Positions 34,501 to 46,472 are shown, numbered from the stretch's first letter. The stretch: 64,000 bases of DNA from an uncultured Desulfurococcales archaeon (GCA_964546225.1 CAZJJB010000004.1:1767-65766); one strand, 5' to 3'. Notes: generated from the sequence alone by a model not told the origin. Numbers and translations are program-made.

Positions 34501-35172
34501 TTATTGTTCCCAATAAGCCTTTAGGTTAACAGTCTTAGGCTCTCCTCCATTCTTTAATAAATCCTCAATCACTTGCTTATAATATTCTTCAGACTGAACT
34601 CCCCTAATTAACCATTTATCATTAATTAGAATTGCCGGTACACCATGAATTCCCATTGCATGGGCTTCTTCTTCATCTTGTATTACTGCTAACTTTGCCT
34701 TCTTTGACTTAAAGTCTTCCTTAAACCTTTCTACGTCCAGCCCAACTTCTTTAGCTATATCTATTAAAACTTCATCAGAAGTTATATCTTCTCCTTCAAA
34801 GAATAATTTATCTTGAGCACTCTTGTAATACTCCCAGTGACCTTCGTCTCCTTTTTGAAATTCTGCAGCCTTACAGGCCATTTGAGGAGGAAGAGACCAG
34901 ATATAACCTATTTTCCCTTTGTTTATTACTTTTTCTGGATCATAATCTGGAATATATTTTTTTAATATAGAGAATTCATTTTTGAATAATTCTCTAGCTT
35001 CTTCTATTGTTGGTGCAATGTCTTTTAAGTCATCTAATGACGATATCATCATAAAGGATTTGTGCTTAACAATAACCTGACCTTTGTAATCCTTTACCAC
35101 ATTCATTAGCCTTCTAGTTGCAATAAAGCAATAAGGACATAGCACGTCATGAAAGAATTTTATCTCTATCAT
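34501..35172 (-). CDS. DsbA/FrnE-family thioredoxin-fold protein
   Basis: 'HDVLCPYC' CxxC and 'GIHGVP' cis-Pro motif. Confidence 0.9.
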   Translation of the reverse strand: MIEIKFFHDVLCPYCFIATRRLMNVVKDYKGQVIVKHKSFMMISSLDDLKDIAPTIEEARELFKNEFSILKKYIPDYDPEKVINKGKIGYIWSLPPQMACKAAEFQKGDEGHWEYYKSAQDKLFFEGEDITSDEVLIDIAKEVGLDVERFKEDFKSKKAKLAVIQDEEEAHAMGIHGVPAILINDKWLIRGVQSEEYYKQVIEDLLKNGGEPKTVNLKAYWEQ

Positions 35173-35305
35173 TTTATCTAAGATTAAAAACAATAGTTTT
35201 TAACATTACCTTAGATGTTAACGGTAATGATTAGTTCTTATTAAAATCTTTGAAATAGAGATTTTTATTTAGGCTATAATAATATTAAATTGAGGTTAAA
35301 GAATT

Positions 35306-36025
35306 ATGTTAGTCAAGGATGTTATGTCTCAAGATGTAATAAAGGTCGATAAAACTACTAAAATTTATGATGCGTTGAATGTAATGATTAGAAATAACAT
35401 AAGAAGACTTGTAATTGGATCTGATGGAATAATTACAATGAGAGATATTGTATATAATTGGGAGAAAATTGATGATACAGTAGATAAAATAATGTCCTCT
35501 GATTTACAATTTATAGATAAAAATGCTGATCTAAAGGAAGCGTGTAGAGTAGTTACATCAAAAGGAATAGGATCCTTAATAGTGGGCAATGGAAATGTTA
35601 TTGAAGGAATAATAACTGAAAGAGATCTAATAAGATACTGTAAAGCTGATATATACTCTTTAGTGCAAGATATTATGAATAAAGATCCATTGATAGTTTC
35701 AGTAGATACTAGTATAGCTGAAGTAGTAGACTTTATGAAACAAAAATACGTTAGACATGCAATAGTAGCTTGTGATAACTTACCTTGTGGTGTTATTTCT
35801 ACTAAAGATATAGGAAGAGCATTATTAGCTAGGAAAGATTTAGCAAAAACAGAAGTTTCTGGTTTTATGTCAAATAACGTATTTAAAGTGTATCCTGACG
35901 ATAAAATAGAGACTGCAAGAATGGTGATGGCTAAAAATAATATAGGATTTTTGCCAGTAACTGACGCAAAGGAAATATTGGGCAGTATAAGTGAAAGAGA
36001 AATTCTCGCAGTCTTATCTATTTAA
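35306..36025 (+). CDS. CBS domain protein (four CBS repeats)
   Basis: 'GIITMRD', 'GIITERD' and 'GVISTKD' repeats. Confidence 0.9.
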   Translation: MLVKDVMSQDVIKVDKTTKIYDALNVMIRNNIRRLVIGSDGIITMRDIVYNWEKIDDTVDKIMSSDLQFIDKNADLKEACRVVTSKGIGSLIVGNGNVIEGIITERDLIRYCKADIYSLVQDIMNKDPLIVSVDTSIAEVVDFMKQKYVRHAIVACDNLPCGVISTKDIGRALLARKDLAKTEVSGFMSNNVFKVYPDDKIETARMVMAKNNIGFLPVTDAKEILGSISEREILAVLSI

Positions 36026-36101
36026 TTTTTTACTCATTCTTGAAAGAAGGAGAAAAGCTTATAAATAAAGAAATACATCATTATGGAATAAGTGAGAAGA
36101 A

Positions 36102-36284
36102 ATGGAAGACTATAGAAAAATCTTTGAAGGTGTAGCATATACAATAATTGAGGACGACGAAGCTTCAATAGTATTATTAGAAGGAAAACCTATAGCTGCA
36201 TCTTGTATAGAACATGGAAACCACGACCTGTTAGATCTAAATTGTCCTCATGTAGAAAAGCTATTGAAAAAAGTTTTTTCTTAA
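36102..36284 (+). CDS. Small hypothetical protein with a Cys/His cluster
   Basis: 60 aa, 'CIEHGNH...CPH'. Confidence 0.65.
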   Translation: MEDYRKIFEGVAYTIIEDDEASIVLLEGKPIAASCIEHGNHDLLDLNCPHVEKLLKKVFS

Positions 36285-36658
36285 ATGCCCGCCACAACGG
36301 CTATTTCTATTAAAACATCTTTAGGTAGTTTTGAAACTTCTACTGTGACTCTTGCCGGTGGATTATTTTTAAAGTAATTAGAATAAACTTCGTTAAAACT
36401 TTGAAAATCTCCCATGTTTTTAAGATATACGAAACTCATAACAACTTTATCTAAGCTTGAGCCTGCTGATTCTAATATTGCCTTAATATTCTCCAAAACT
36501 TGAGTAGTTTGTTCTTTTATTCCTCCAGAAACTACATTGTTAGTCTTAGGATCTATTGGAATTTGACCCGATAAGAAAATTAAATTGTTTATTTTAACTG
36601 CTTGAGAATAAGGACCTATAGGTTTTGGAGCCTTTTCGGAGTAGATTATTTCTTTCAT
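36281..36658 (-). CDS. ridA: RidA family enamine/imine deaminase
   Basis: 'PIGPYSQA', 'SGQIP', 'PPARVTV' and 'IEI'. Confidence 0.95.
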   Translation of the reverse strand: MKEIIYSEKAPKPIGPYSQAVKINNLIFLSGQIPIDPKTNNVVSGGIKEQTTQVLENIKAILESAGSSLDKVVMSFVYLKNMGDFQSFNEVYSNYFKNNPPARVTVEVSKLPKDVLIEIAVVAGI

Positions 36659-36669
36659 AGAATATGTTA

Positions 36670-37299
36670 CTAATCTATACTAATTATTTTTAACACATTT
36701 TCGGAAATCTTCTCAACTAAATCATTATTCTTAAAAGGTAAATAAGGGTATCCGCTGCCATAAATTAATCTTTCATTTGGTATTTTATTTAAGAAATCTT
36801 CTGGAACTCCAGAAGTTTCAAAAAACACGTTATTAAAATTAAGCAAATTATGTACAATTTCCTCTTGAGGATAGTAAGAACTCAATATTATAAAATTCAC
36901 TTTAGAAAATTGTTTTAGCTTTTGAGTTATATCTTGTTTAGTTTTTATGAATATTGGCAGTTCGTATTCCTCTGCAAATTCAAGAATTTTATCTATCTCA
37001 TTTATATTATATCCGTGCTTATCTGGAGTAAGCACTATACCTACTATTCCTCTTTCATACTGCCTTTTTAGCTCAATTTCTAAAGGAACTCTACATCTAG
37101 GATTATATATGCCAAGTAAGTAGTATTTTGTCTCATTTTCCTTTTTGTTTTTTAACCAAAGATATTGTTGATAAAATCCATCCACACAACATTGACATGA
37201 ATATTTATATGCTGGATTCAATAAAATGATATCAAATCCACGTATTTCCTCAGCGTTTACCCATTTAATTCCCAAATGTTGATGAACGTCTATTCTCAT
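36670..37299 (-). CDS. Amidohydrolase family (TIM-barrel) protein
   Basis: 'IDVHQH', 'FFETSG' and 'LIYGSGYPY'. Confidence 0.75.
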   Translation of the reverse strand: MRIDVHQHLGIKWVNAEEIRGFDIILLNPAYKYSCQCCVDGFYQQYLWLKNKKENETKYYLLGIYNPRCRVPLEIELKRQYERGIVGIVLTPDKHGYNINEIDKILEFAEEYELPIFIKTKQDITQKLKQFSKVNFIILSSYYPQEEIVHNLLNFNNVFFETSGVPEDFLNKIPNERLIYGSGYPYLPFKNNDLVEKISENVLKIISID

Positions 37300-37301
37300 A
37301 A

Positions 37302-39266
37302 TTAAATTAATACTTCTTCTGGTATATTATATTCTGTCACAGCTATATCTCTCAAATCTCTTGCTATCTCCTCCATACTTATTTCGCCTCTTAAGCCCTT
37401 CAATATTATATCTTTAAACTCATCCGGAATGTAATCCATTCTAGGATCTACTGCATAAAAGTCCTTTAACGCCTGTTCTCTCTTTGAAGGATTCATAACC
37501 GCCTCTTCTAATTCTCTTTCTAACCATTCAGGAAACGGGAAATTGTTAGTTAATGTTGCATAAAGTGAAACTGTGAAAGAGTAAATGTCCATCTCCGTTG
37601 ATGCTCTTTGCCCAAATCTTTGTAATGGATGTGCATAATATGGAGTGTAATGAATCACTGGAGTACCTATCTTTACTGCGCTACCTAAGTCAGAAAGCTT
37701 AGGAATTACTTGCTCTTTTTCTAGGGCTTCGAGAGCCTCTTCTCCGTAATTAGGAAGTGAATTAGTAAATAGTATATTCGAAGGTTTTATGTCACAATGA
37801 ACGTACCCTTCTTTATGAATAGTTATAATTGCATTAGCTAATTTAGAAAATATTATAGATACTACTTGAGGCCAAACTACTGAATGTCTTAATGCTGAAT
37901 ATTCATCTTTTGCCAGTATTTCTCTCAGATCCCCTCCACCCATATAATCCATTACAATTGCGGGAGGAGAGCTATAATAATCTACCCAATTTTCATCAAT
38001 AAAATTAGCTAAAATTCTTACAAGATACTTTGAATTCTTTGAAATTTCCTGCATTTTTGCGACCTCGTTTAGCATTTCATCAAAATTGTATTCTTTCTTC
38101 ATTATTTTCATTGCATACTTCTTGCCTAATCTTTCAACTAACAAAACATAACCCATTCCTCCAGTTCCTAAAACTTGTTTAACCTCATATCCATATATGA
38201 CGTAACCTATCCATTGTTCTGGATGGAAATCTTTAGGTGAATAAAGTATCCCTGGCTTAACTTTTTCACATGCTTCAACTATACCTTCTTTGCATGCATA
38301 GAGAAAATCTTTTTCTGCCTCATTTTTAGCGTTTAAATTTTCTAAAGCTAATCCTCTCAAAAATGCTGAACCGGCTGTTCTACGTATTTTTTCTGCCTCA
38401 TCTATTATTTTTAATCCATCCATAAACTTACCGGCTCTTATATACGCATTCGCTAGCATTAACAAGTTATGATAAGATCTACTCCTCTTTACTGCCTCCT
38501 CAAAGAATTTTACTGCCTCTGCAGGATTTTTATTAATAAAATTCCATCCTAATTTTAAGGCTGGGGCATCATATGTTGGTAGAATTGAGAGTGCATTGTA
38601 TAGAAGTTTAATGTTGCCCGTGGCTTCATATTCTTCTATAATTTTATCTACTTTTCTTCTTAATTTTTCTTCTAAAATTTTATATCTTTCTTCAGAGAAA
38701 AATGAGTAAATCTTTAAAGCCTCAAGTTCTTCTCCTATTTTTTCATAACATTCTGCTACAGCTAAAGATTCCTCAGGATATTTCTTATCTAGTTTTGTAT
38801 ATAATGATATTGCTTCGCTGCAATATCCTAGTTTTGAAAAACCTATTACTGCTTGTCTAATTACTTCCTCATCAGAAGAATATTTTGAAAGCGCGTATTG
38901 TATAACATCGTAATTATCCATTGCTTCTAATAGCTTTCTCTTATTTCCGCTCATAATTACTCTTCCTTTTATAATAGAATAGTACCCATTAAGGATAAGA
39001 TTGCTAGCATTGCCTAGCAACATGCATAAAGAATCATTAGATTCAAATAAGTATCCTAGATCACCTACTTTTAGAATTAGCTTGCCCTCAAAGATAATCT
39101 TAGAGCAATCATAAATAGGAAATTTAGATATCTTTACTTTATTATCATCAACACTTGCTAAATAACCTATTATATTATTCTTAACTTTTAACTTGCCAAA
39201 GTACTCATCAACTTTTCCGTCATTGAATATATACTTTTTATTACTATCAGTAAATACAAACTGCAC
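37302..39266 (-). CDS. Hanks-type Ser/Thr protein kinase with N-terminal TPR region (ArnC-like)
   Basis: GTGGMG, YAMK, HCDIKPSN, SDLG and DIYSF; TPR-like helices upstream. Confidence 0.92.
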   Translation of the reverse strand: MQFVFTDSNKKYIFNDGKVDEYFGKLKVKNNIIGYLASVDDNKVKISKFPIYDCSKIIFEGKLILKVGDLGYLFESNDSLCMLLGNASNLILNGYYSIIKGRVIMSGNKRKLLEAMDNYDVIQYALSKYSSDEEVIRQAVIGFSKLGYCSEAISLYTKLDKKYPEESLAVAECYEKIGEELEALKIYSFFSEERYKILEEKLRRKVDKIIEEYEATGNIKLLYNALSILPTYDAPALKLGWNFINKNPAEAVKFFEEAVKRSRSYHNLLMLANAYIRAGKFMDGLKIIDEAEKIRRTAGSAFLRGLALENLNAKNEAEKDFLYACKEGIVEACEKVKPGILYSPKDFHPEQWIGYVIYGYEVKQVLGTGGMGYVLLVERLGKKYAMKIMKKEYNFDEMLNEVAKMQEISKNSKYLVRILANFIDENWVDYYSSPPAIVMDYMGGGDLREILAKDEYSALRHSVVWPQVVSIIFSKLANAIITIHKEGYVHCDIKPSNILFTNSLPNYGEEALEALEKEQVIPKLSDLGSAVKIGTPVIHYTPYYAHPLQRFGQRASTEMDIYSFTVSLYATLTNNFPFPEWLERELEEAVMNPSKREQALKDFYAVDPRMDYIPDEFKDIILKGLRGEISMEEIARDLRDIAVTEYNIPEEVLI

Positions 39267-39425
39267 GATTAATTTGATTTCGGTATAACTCTTTTTAAAT
39301 TTCGGCTTAATAATACATTTCTTCTTTTTCGACGCAATTTAATCAATCAATAAAGAGGACATAGCATTATATAGTATTACAAAATTAACAAGTAATTTTT
39401 AGATTCAAAAATACATTGTAAATAT

Positions 39426-39734
39426 ATGCTAAAACACGTGGAATACACGAGGCATAGTATGACTGAACCTTTAGTTACTGTGTATCTGTACAAAAAAGTC
39501 GAAGATGGCAAAATAATCTCCGCATTCAGAATTATGATATATAAGGACAGTATAATATCGATATATGAAGATGATAAGTTACAAGGTGGAGTTTTAGCAG
39601 ATATTGAAAATGGAGGAATAGATAAAGTTTATGAAGTAGTAAAGAAATATTATGACGATAATACAGACGATATGATAATTTACGGCGAAAAAGACCTTGT
39701 AGATCAATTGCTAGAAAAATTTGATCAAAAATGA
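39426..39734 (+). CDS. Hypothetical protein
   Basis: Acidic 102-aa ORF (start may be ATG 39459); overlaps the MFS start. Confidence 0.7.
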   Translation: MLKHVEYTRHSMTEPLVTVYLYKKVEDGKIISAFRIMIYKDSIISIYEDDKLQGGVLADIENGGIDKVYEVVKKYYDDNTDDMIIYGEKDLVDQLLEKFDQK

Positions 39735-40726
39735 AACTTCTATTGAAAATAACTATTAGTTGGATACTTTGGGGAATAGGATTTTATTTATATTATCCTT
39801 TCCTTTCTATATTTCTAGTTCGATATATAAGACCTTCAGAACTAGGATTCTTCTATCTTATAACATTAATATTTTCATTACCTTTACCTTATATTGGAGG
39901 AAAAATTAACGAAAAATTTGGAGAGAACTACAGTATTCTTATAGGAATGAGCATCTCAGGTCTAGGAATTCTATTATTTTCTTTTGCAAATTCTGTAATT
40001 TTACTCTATGTATTTATGATAATGTACAACTCTTTCTATATAGCCTTACCAGCTTTTTACGAATTAATGGAAGCTGAAGGAAAGGGTACTATATCAAAAG
40101 TGTGGGCTATATCAGTATTGCCTTCAATATTTATGCCTTCTATAGGAGGACTAATTTCACAATATCTAGGGTTTACTTATCTCTTTATATTATCTTCAAT
40201 TTTCATTATTCTAACATCTTTTCCTTTATTTGATCAGAAAGAAATTAAAAAAGAAAATACAAAAATTACTCTATGTCCCATAATTTCTCTAATCATTATT
40301 CCAGTAGCGCTATCTGGTCAATTTATATACTTAGTTACAAAAGAAATATATAATTTGAGCAATGCATTAATAGGGATCATAGCAACTTTTGCAGAATTAC
40401 TAGGTAGTATTATAGCTTTTTCCTCATCTTTCATTTCAAGTAAAAAAGCAATTAATATTTCTCTACTTCTGTTTTCTTTACAATCATTAATAGTATTCTC
40501 ACCTTATTTTTCCATTTTCTATGGATTATGGGAATCAATACTTCCTTTATCGTTATCAATAAAGAAGAATTACGTTTCTGCAGTAACTATGCAAATACTA
40601 GGTTGGATATTAGGGTATTTAGTAGCATCAATTTCACAAAGTCCTAAATATGACATTTTTTTATCATCAATTCTATCTTTAATTGTACTCGCTATTTTAA
40701 ATTTTGGAAAATCACAGGCTATATAA
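39731..40726 (+). CDS. MFS transporter
   Basis: About 11-12 TM helices; 'GGKINEKFGEN' motif-A-like loop. Confidence 0.85.
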   Translation: MKLLLKITISWILWGIGFYLYYPFLSIFLVRYIRPSELGFFYLITLIFSLPLPYIGGKINEKFGENYSILIGMSISGLGILLFSFANSVILLYVFMIMYNSFYIALPAFYELMEAEGKGTISKVWAISVLPSIFMPSIGGLISQYLGFTYLFILSSIFIILTSFPLFDQKEIKKENTKITLCPIISLIIIPVALSGQFIYLVTKEIYNLSNALIGIIATFAELLGSIIAFSSSFISSKKAINISLLLFSLQSLIVFSPYFSIFYGLWESILPLSLSIKKNYVSAVTMQILGWILGYLVASISQSPKYDIFLSSILSLIVLAILNFGKSQAI

Positions 40727-40789
40727 AAAACTCTTCTACCTAACTCTTCATATTAACTGTTTAAATTATATTGAGACAAAATATTTCAT

Positions 40790-41068
40790 GTGAATATAAC
40801 ACAGTTAGTAATTTTGACAAACCTGGCAGAAGGAGAGCTTAGTATAAAAGAACTTGCAGAATACACTGGAATTCCTAAAAAGAGTATAATAAAAGCAATA
40901 AAGAGCTTAGAGAATAAAGGATACGTAGAAAAAAGAGCAATAATAGGCAAAGACATAATATTTTCAATAACTGAAGAAGGATTAGACGAACTTTACAAAT
41001 ATTATCTATTCATGAAAAAATTAATAGACGATATGGAGTTTACATTATGCAGTAGGTTTGACTGTTAA
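40790..41068 (+). CDS. MarR/ArsR-like winged-helix regulator
   Basis: '[31 protein letters not shown]...ITEEG'. Confidence 0.85.
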   Translation: MNITQLVILTNLAEGELSIKELAEYTGIPKKSIIKAIKSLENKGYVEKRAIIGKDIIFSITEEGLDELYKYYLFMKKLIDDMEFTLCSRFDC

Positions 41069-41994
41069 AACCAAGACAATAAATTATATAACATGCTTAC
41101 AAATTTCTCCTTATTAATTTCATACACTACATTAACATTTGGTTCTTTTCCCAAGATTCCTAAGTAATCTATAACAGTCATTCCTCTAGTTAAACCATCA
41201 TGATTCTCTATATCAACGTATTGTCTCTCTACGTTAGTAGGTATAGTATTATCTATTGCTATTGCAGTAGTTATTAAGTCAGGATGAGGATTACCATTCA
41301 TTTTCTGTTTAGTCATTGCAAAGTTTCTGTAATGAGTATAAATATCTATATAAAATGAGGAAAGTTTAGTATTCATTGATTTTATTTTATTCCATTCATT
41401 ATCATTTATTGTATATTTTGTAATTAAATCCCATGATACCATAGTTAAATCCATGCCAGAATGAAATATTACCTTTGCAGCATCAGGATCTACCCAAATA
41501 TTATATTCTGCTACTGGCGTAATATTACCTCTGCCATATATTGTACCACCCATAATCCAGACTTTCTTTATTTTCTCGGCTATACTTTTATCTTTCAAAT
41601 ATGCTATAGCTAAGTTAGTTAAAGGAGAAATAGCTAGAAATTCTAACTCTCCAGCGTACCTATCAGCAAGCTCAATTATTGCGTCAACTGCATGTTTATT
41701 ACTAGGTTTTAGCTTGCTAGGCTTAACGATTTTATCTCCTATACCTCCTTTTCCGTGAACGTTTTCTACCGTTTTATAGTCCTTAACTAGAGGTCTCTGG
41801 CTGCCTGGATAAACTGGAATTTCCTTACCTACAAATTCTAAAGCCCATAATGCATTATTAACTTCTTGCTCGAAACTTATATTCCCTTCAACTATAGTTA
41901 TTCCTTCAACTGAAATGCCATATCTTAAAAGCATAAAAAGGCTCATTATATCGTCTTCTGCAGTATCGCAATCAATTATAAAATGACGAGCCAT
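41065..41994 (-). CDS. Nucleoside hydrolase (IU-NH family; resembles the Sulfolobus pyrimidine-preferring enzyme)
   Basis: 'DCDTAEDD', 'VHG', 'AEYNIWVDP' and 'HPD'. Confidence 0.92.
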   Translation of the reverse strand: MARHFIIDCDTAEDDIMSLFMLLRYGISVEGITIVEGNISFEQEVNNALWALEFVGKEIPVYPGSQRPLVKDYKTVENVHGKGGIGDKIVKPSKLKPSNKHAVDAIIELADRYAGELEFLAISPLTNLAIAYLKDKSIAEKIKKVWIMGGTIYGRGNITPVAEYNIWVDPDAAKVIFHSGMDLTMVSWDLITKYTINDNEWNKIKSMNTKLSSFYIDIYTHYRNFAMTKQKMNGNPHPDLITTAIAIDNTIPTNVERQYVDIENHDGLTRGMTVIDYLGILGKEPNVNVVYEINKEKFVSMLYNLLSWF

Positions 41995-42002
41995 GCAATA
42001 CA

Positions 42003-42869
42003 CTATTCGAATATATCCTTTAAATCTAATATCCTTTTTAGTTTCAAATAAACCCTAGGAATCTCATCGTGAGTATAATACTTTAACTTCTTTAAAGATT
42101 CCTCATCTGCTACATAGAATTTACTAAGTCCAGAGCCTACTACTGTGTAAGCATAAATTGGTTCGGCTTCTTTTATGGAATTTACAAAATCTACTATTGT
42201 TTGAGTAGTAACGTAGTATCCGTTCTTATTACTTTCTTCTATAGTAGCTACTCCTTCATCTTTTGAAAATCCATATATTTCTGCATCAAAGTCATAACTA
42301 GCATGAATAGTGTACTTTCCATCGTATTCAATAAGCATGGCTAAAGGTTTAATATGCATTAACTTATTGACGTAAGCTATAACGTCATTAGCATTATTAA
42401 AGGATTTCTCGAAAGTAAAAACCTTACTAGGCTTTGGAAATAATCTTAATCTTGCCTTATATATCGCACCTAGTCTTCCTTTACTGCCTATAATAATTTT
42501 CCACGAAATTTTACCAAAAGGAGTAATGAAAAAGACCTTATCTGTAAAATCATAAGGTTTACCGTAACGAGTAGAAAGGGGAGAAAATTCATTATTAGCT
42601 AAAAGCCCTCCTACACTTCCGTCGTATAAACAAGGTAATAATAATCCGTTCTCTGAAGCTTCTTCCCTTATTTTATCTACTGAAGCTCCGGCATAAGCTT
42701 CTACATAACCTTTCTTATCAATTTTATATTCATCCATCTTTATTTTTAGTAAAATGTCTGCTTTTCTTAAAGTAGAATGTTTGCCGTAACCTATTACCAT
42801 AACTTTCTTTCCACTTAAATAAGCATCCTTAATAGCACCGTATAATTCCTTCTCAGTATAGACTTCCAT
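42003..42869 (-). CDS. FAD-binding oxidoreductase (GlcE/glycolate-oxidase-like subunit)
   Basis: PCMH FAD-binding motifs '[10 protein letters not shown]' and 'GSKGRLGAI'. Confidence 0.75.
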   Translation of the reverse strand: MEVYTEKELYGAIKDAYLSGKKVMVIGYGKHSTLRKADILLKIKMDEYKIDKKGYVEAYAGASVDKIREEASENGLLLPCLYDGSVGGLLANNEFSPLSTRYGKPYDFTDKVFFITPFGKISWKIIIGSKGRLGAIYKARLRLFPKPSKVFTFEKSFNNANDVIAYVNKLMHIKPLAMLIEYDGKYTIHASYDFDAEIYGFSKDEGVATIEESNKNGYYVTTQTIVDFVNSIKEAEPIYAYTVVGSGLSKFYVADEESLKKLKYYTHDEIPRVYLKLKRILDLKDIFE

Positions 42870-42922
42870 TGCTTAGTCTCTTGATTAAAAAACCTTATAA
42901 TACTTAAGCCCCTTAAGATTTT

Positions 42923-43399
42923 ATGCCACTTGTAGGAGTAATAATGGGAAGTAAATCAGACTGGGAATATATGAAGGAAGCAGTAGATGTATTAAAATCT
43001 TTTGGAGTTAGCTACGAGGTAAAAGTTGTTTCTGCACACAGAACTCCAGAGTTCATGGTTGAGTACGCAAAAACTGCAAGATCTAAAGGAATAGAAGTAA
43101 TAATAGCTGGAGCAGGAGGAGCAGCACATTTGCCTGGAATGACAGCATCTTTAACTACTCTTCCAGTAATTGGAGTTCCTATTCCATCTAAAAATCTCAA
43201 TGGTTTAGATTCACTCTTATCCATTGTTCAGATGCCTTACGGTGTTCCAGTAGCAACTGTGGCCATAGGAGGAGCTAAAAATGCAGCATTATTAGCAATT
43301 AGAATTCTATCAATAAAATATAAAGATTTGGAGGAAAAGCTTAATAAATTCATGGAAGATATGAAGAACGATGTCTTATCGACATCTCTCGAAGCTTAA
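42923..43399 (+). CDS. purE: N5-CAIR mutase
   Basis: 'IMGSKSD', 'SAHRTP' and '[11 protein letters not shown]'. Confidence 0.97.
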   Translation: MPLVGVIMGSKSDWEYMKEAVDVLKSFGVSYEVKVVSAHRTPEFMVEYAKTARSKGIEVIIAGAGGAAHLPGMTASLTTLPVIGVPIPSKNLNGLDSLLSIVQMPYGVPVATVAIGGAKNAALLAIRILSIKYKDLEEKLNKFMEDMKNDVLSTSLEA

Positions 43400-44462
43400 A
43401 ATTGGAATACTGGGTGCAGGGCAATTAGGCTGGATGTTAATACTGGAAGGAAGAAAATTTCCATTCGAGTTTTACGTTCTTGGTAATAAGGATGAACCAG
43501 CATGCAAAATAGCTGATAAATGTTTTTCAGAAGATCAATATAAGGAGCTTGTAGACTCCTCTGATGTAGTAACATTTGAGTTTGAACATGTTAGTGAAAG
43601 AGCTTTAGACTATGCTGAAGAAAAGGGAAAGCTTTTACCTAGGATTAACTCAGTTGAGTTAAAAAGGGAAAGGTATAAGGAAAAAGAATTCTTAAGAGAT
43701 CACGGTTTTCCAGTACCCAGATTTTACGTTGCCAATGACGGAGAAGAGGCTTTGAAAATATTGAAGGATGAATTTAACAACGAAGGAGTTTTAAAGCAGT
43801 CTAGAGGAGGCTATGATGGTAAGGGACAATATTTCATACATGGAGATGTAGATAAATATGAGTTTATAAAGAATATAAAATGCAATTTTGTAGTAGAAGA
43901 ATACGTAAACTTTGATTTCGAAGCATCAATAATAGCAACTAGGAGTAGGAAGGAGTTTAAGGCATTTAATCCTACGTTTAACTATAATGAGAAAGGAATT
44001 TTAGTTTACAACTATGGTCCGTACTATAATGACAAAATGATCGAAATTGCAGATAAGTTAACTAAGGAATTAGATTACATAGGTACAATAGGTATTGAAT
44101 TTTTTATCAGAGATAATCAAGTATTAATAAACGAGATAGCGCCAAGAGTTCATAACACTGGACATTATACATTGGACGGCGCAGAAACTTCTCAGTTTGA
44201 ACAGCATATAAGGGCAATAACAGACCTGGATTTAGGATCTACTAGGATACTTTCACCTTCTGGGATGATAAATATATTAGGTACAGGAGAAATTCCTAAA
44301 GATGTTCTAAAGCTAGGTAAGGTATATTGGTATGGAAAAACCGAAGTTAGAAAAAGAAGGAAAATGGGACATGTAAACGTTTTAGGAGAGAGTTTAGAAG
44401 AAGTAAAAGAAAAAATTGATAATGTTATGAGGTTAATATATCCTCAAGGATTGGACTTATGA
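43371..44462 (+). CDS. purK: N5-CAIR synthetase
   Basis: 'GAGQLG', 'TFEFEH', 'GYDGKGQ', '[12 protein letters not shown]' and 'RKMGHV'. Confidence 0.96.
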   Translation: MSYRHLSKLKIGILGAGQLGWMLILEGRKFPFEFYVLGNKDEPACKIADKCFSEDQYKELVDSSDVVTFEFEHVSERALDYAEEKGKLLPRINSVELKRERYKEKEFLRDHGFPVPRFYVANDGEEALKILKDEFNNEGVLKQSRGGYDGKGQYFIHGDVDKYEFIKNIKCNFVVEEYVNFDFEASIIATRSRKEFKAFNPTFNYNEKGILVYNYGPYYNDKMIEIADKLTKELDYIGTIGIEFFIRDNQVLINEIAPRVHNTGHYTLDGAETSQFEQHIRAITDLDLGSTRILSPSGMINILGTGEIPKDVLKLGKVYWYGKTEVRKRRKMGHVNVLGESLEEVKEKIDNVMRLIYPQGLDL

Positions 44463-44791
44463 AATTTAATTTTAAAATTTGGATAGAGGACGATAATGGA
44501 AATTCTATACTAGGTAAAGGCGGAGCTGAATTATTAAAAGAAATAATTAATACTGGATCTATTTCTAAAGCTGCTGATAACTTGAACTTATCATACAAAT
44601 TCGCTTGGGAATATGTAAGAAAAATTGAAACAGAAATTGGAGGAATAGAAATGAAGAAAGGTGGTAAGAACGCTGGAGGAACTGTAGTCTCAGAAAAAGT
44701 ACAAGAAATACTTAAAATTTATGAAGAAGCCATGAACGAAGTTTCAGTAGTGCTTGATAAATACTCTAAGAAATTAAATGACATTAAATGA
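44459..44791 (+). CDS. ModE-type winged-helix DNA-binding protein
   Basis: '[18 protein letters not shown]' and 'GGKNAGG'. Confidence 0.85.
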   Translation: MKFNFKIWIEDDNGNSILGKGGAELLKEIINTGSISKAADNLNLSYKFAWEYVRKIETEIGGIEMKKGGKNAGGTVVSEKVQEILKIYEEAMNEVSVVLDKYSKKLNDIK

Positions 44792-45217
44792 CAATTCTAG
44801 CAATTTCTTAGAATTTCTATACCTCCAATGATCTAGTTTTATTTCACCAATTTCTTTAGTATTACTTACATGTTGCTTGTTGCATGCATTTATGTTCCAG
44901 TTTGGAATTATTACAATGTATAATTCCTTTACTTCTGGAGGAACTGGAAATAAATCGTAAATTTCGTCTCCATACTTTCTCTCTGCTTCTTCTCTAGACA
45001 ATTTTTCCGTAATAAAAGGTAAACCCTCGTTTATTTTATTCTGAGCTTCTACAAATATTCTATTAATTTCTTCTTCAGTAGGCTTTCTTTCAAATTGAAC
45101 AGTTAGTCTACCATGTGGGCCATTAACGTAAGTACTTGCAGTCCACTTTGCTCCTAAGACTTTCCTTGTAGCACCTTTTAAAACATGTAATGCACTGTGA
45201 GTTTTAATTTCTATCAT
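44774..45217 (-). CDS. alaX: Free-standing alanyl-tRNA editing protein (AlaX-S)
   Basis: HxxxH ('HSALH') and CxxxH ('CNKQH') zinc motifs. Confidence 0.88.
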   Translation of the reverse strand: MIEIKTHSALHVLKGATRKVLGAKWTASTYVNGPHGRLTVQFERKPTEEEINRIFVEAQNKINEGLPFITEKLSREEAERKYGDEIYDLFPVPPEVKELYIVIIPNWNINACNKQHVSNTKEIGEIKLDHWRYRNSKKLLELSFNVI

Positions 45218-45903
45218 TATTTCTCATCCATTGCTTTTATTCCACTTCTTATGAAATCCTCTACTACTTTTTCAGGTTCTTTAGCTTTCATTACTGCGCT
45301 AGCTACGCCTATTCCATCTGCACCCAATTTTACTGCAGTATATACATCCTCACCATTACTTATTCCAGCCCCTGCAATAAGGAAAACTCCAGGAACTTTA
45401 GAAATCTCCTTGACGGCATTAGTTATTACTTCAGGCTTGGCTTTGGATACAGAAATTCCAGAACCTATTAGTTCTGGAGGCTCAATTAAAATTGCAGTAG
45501 GTTTAAGTAAAGCCATAGGCTCTACTAATTCATACCTATCTATACATACAACAGAATCTAAACCTAGTTTATTTAACCTAAGTAAGGAATCATGTATCTC
45601 ATCTGCTCTTATCCTTTTTTCGCTATGATTTAGTAATGTGCCCTTAGCACCTGCTTCTTTTATCATTTCGGGTAATATTGAACCTGTATGTGCTCCAAGA
45701 GGATACGAATCCACGTGCTGTGCATAAATGGGTAACGATAATTCTTGGGAAAGAATAGGTATCATAGTAGCAGGAACGGATAAAATTACTTCAGTTGAGT
45801 ATTCCATTGAGACTCTTTCTATTCTTTTTGCAAGATCTATACTTTTTTTACCGAATGAGTTCTCATAAGCCTTGAAATTTATTAATATTATTGGCTTTTT
45901 CAT
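45217..45903 (-). CDS. tpiA: Triosephosphate isomerase (archaeal type)
   Basis: 'NFK', 'NHSE', 'EPPELIG' and 'AGAGI'. Confidence 0.97.
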   Translation of the reverse strand: MKKPIILINFKAYENSFGKKSIDLAKRIERVSMEYSTEVILSVPATMIPILSQELSLPIYAQHVDSYPLGAHTGSILPEMIKEAGAKGTLLNHSEKRIRADEIHDSLLRLNKLGLDSVVCIDRYELVEPMALLKPTAILIEPPELIGSGISVSKAKPEVITNAVKEISKVPGVFLIAGAGISNGEDVYTAVKLGADGIGVASAVMKAKEPEKVVEDFIRSGIKAMDEK

Positions 45904-45929
45904 AAGATTAGAGGGGATAGCTTATTTTT

Positions 45930-46472
45930 ATTTATTGTGGAGTTGATTTGGCTGTAAAGAGAAAAACTGCTGTAGGCAAAATGATAGATAATTCAATAAA
46001 AGTTAAGTTTCTTTCAACAGATGAAGAAATAATTGAGTATTGTAGAGACGCAAAAATAGTCGCAATTGATTCACCGTTATCTATGTCTAAAGGATTTAGA
46101 GAAGTGGATAAGAAAATGATAAGGAATGGGTATAAAGTCCTGCCTCCATCTTTCATGAGAAGCTTAGTGGAAAGAGCTATTAGACTCTCCACATTGTTAC
46201 CTAATGTTATAGAAACGCATCCTACATCGTCCATGAAAAATTTAGGAATAAATTGGAAGGACTATACTAAGAAAAAGGATGAAATCGACGCTGTAATTTG
46301 CGCTATTACTGCTTATGCTTACGATAATAAAGTAGCTTGTAAAATTTCCGACATTGATGGAACAATTTACCTGCTACCTAAAGCTTTCTCTAAACCAATT
46401 AAAGTGAGTGAATATTATTATATACTTCCGCATATAGGTTTCAATGATGAAGCTAAATTTTACATCATTTGA
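45930..46472 (+). CDS. DUF429 (RNase H-like fold) putative nuclease; probable ATT start
   Basis: 'AIDSPLS', 'IETHP' and 'DEIDA'. The in-frame (I)YCGVDL segment lies upstream of the track's TTG, with TAG at 45918-20. Confidence 0.75.
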   Translation: MYCGVDLAVKRKTAVGKMIDNSIKVKFLSTDEEIIEYCRDAKIVAIDSPLSMSKGFREVDKKMIRNGYKVLPPSFMRSLVERAIRLSTLLPNVIETHPTSSMKNLGINWKDYTKKKDEIDAVICAITAYAYDNKVACKISDIDGTIYLLPKAFSKPIKVSEYYYILPHIGFNDEAKFYII

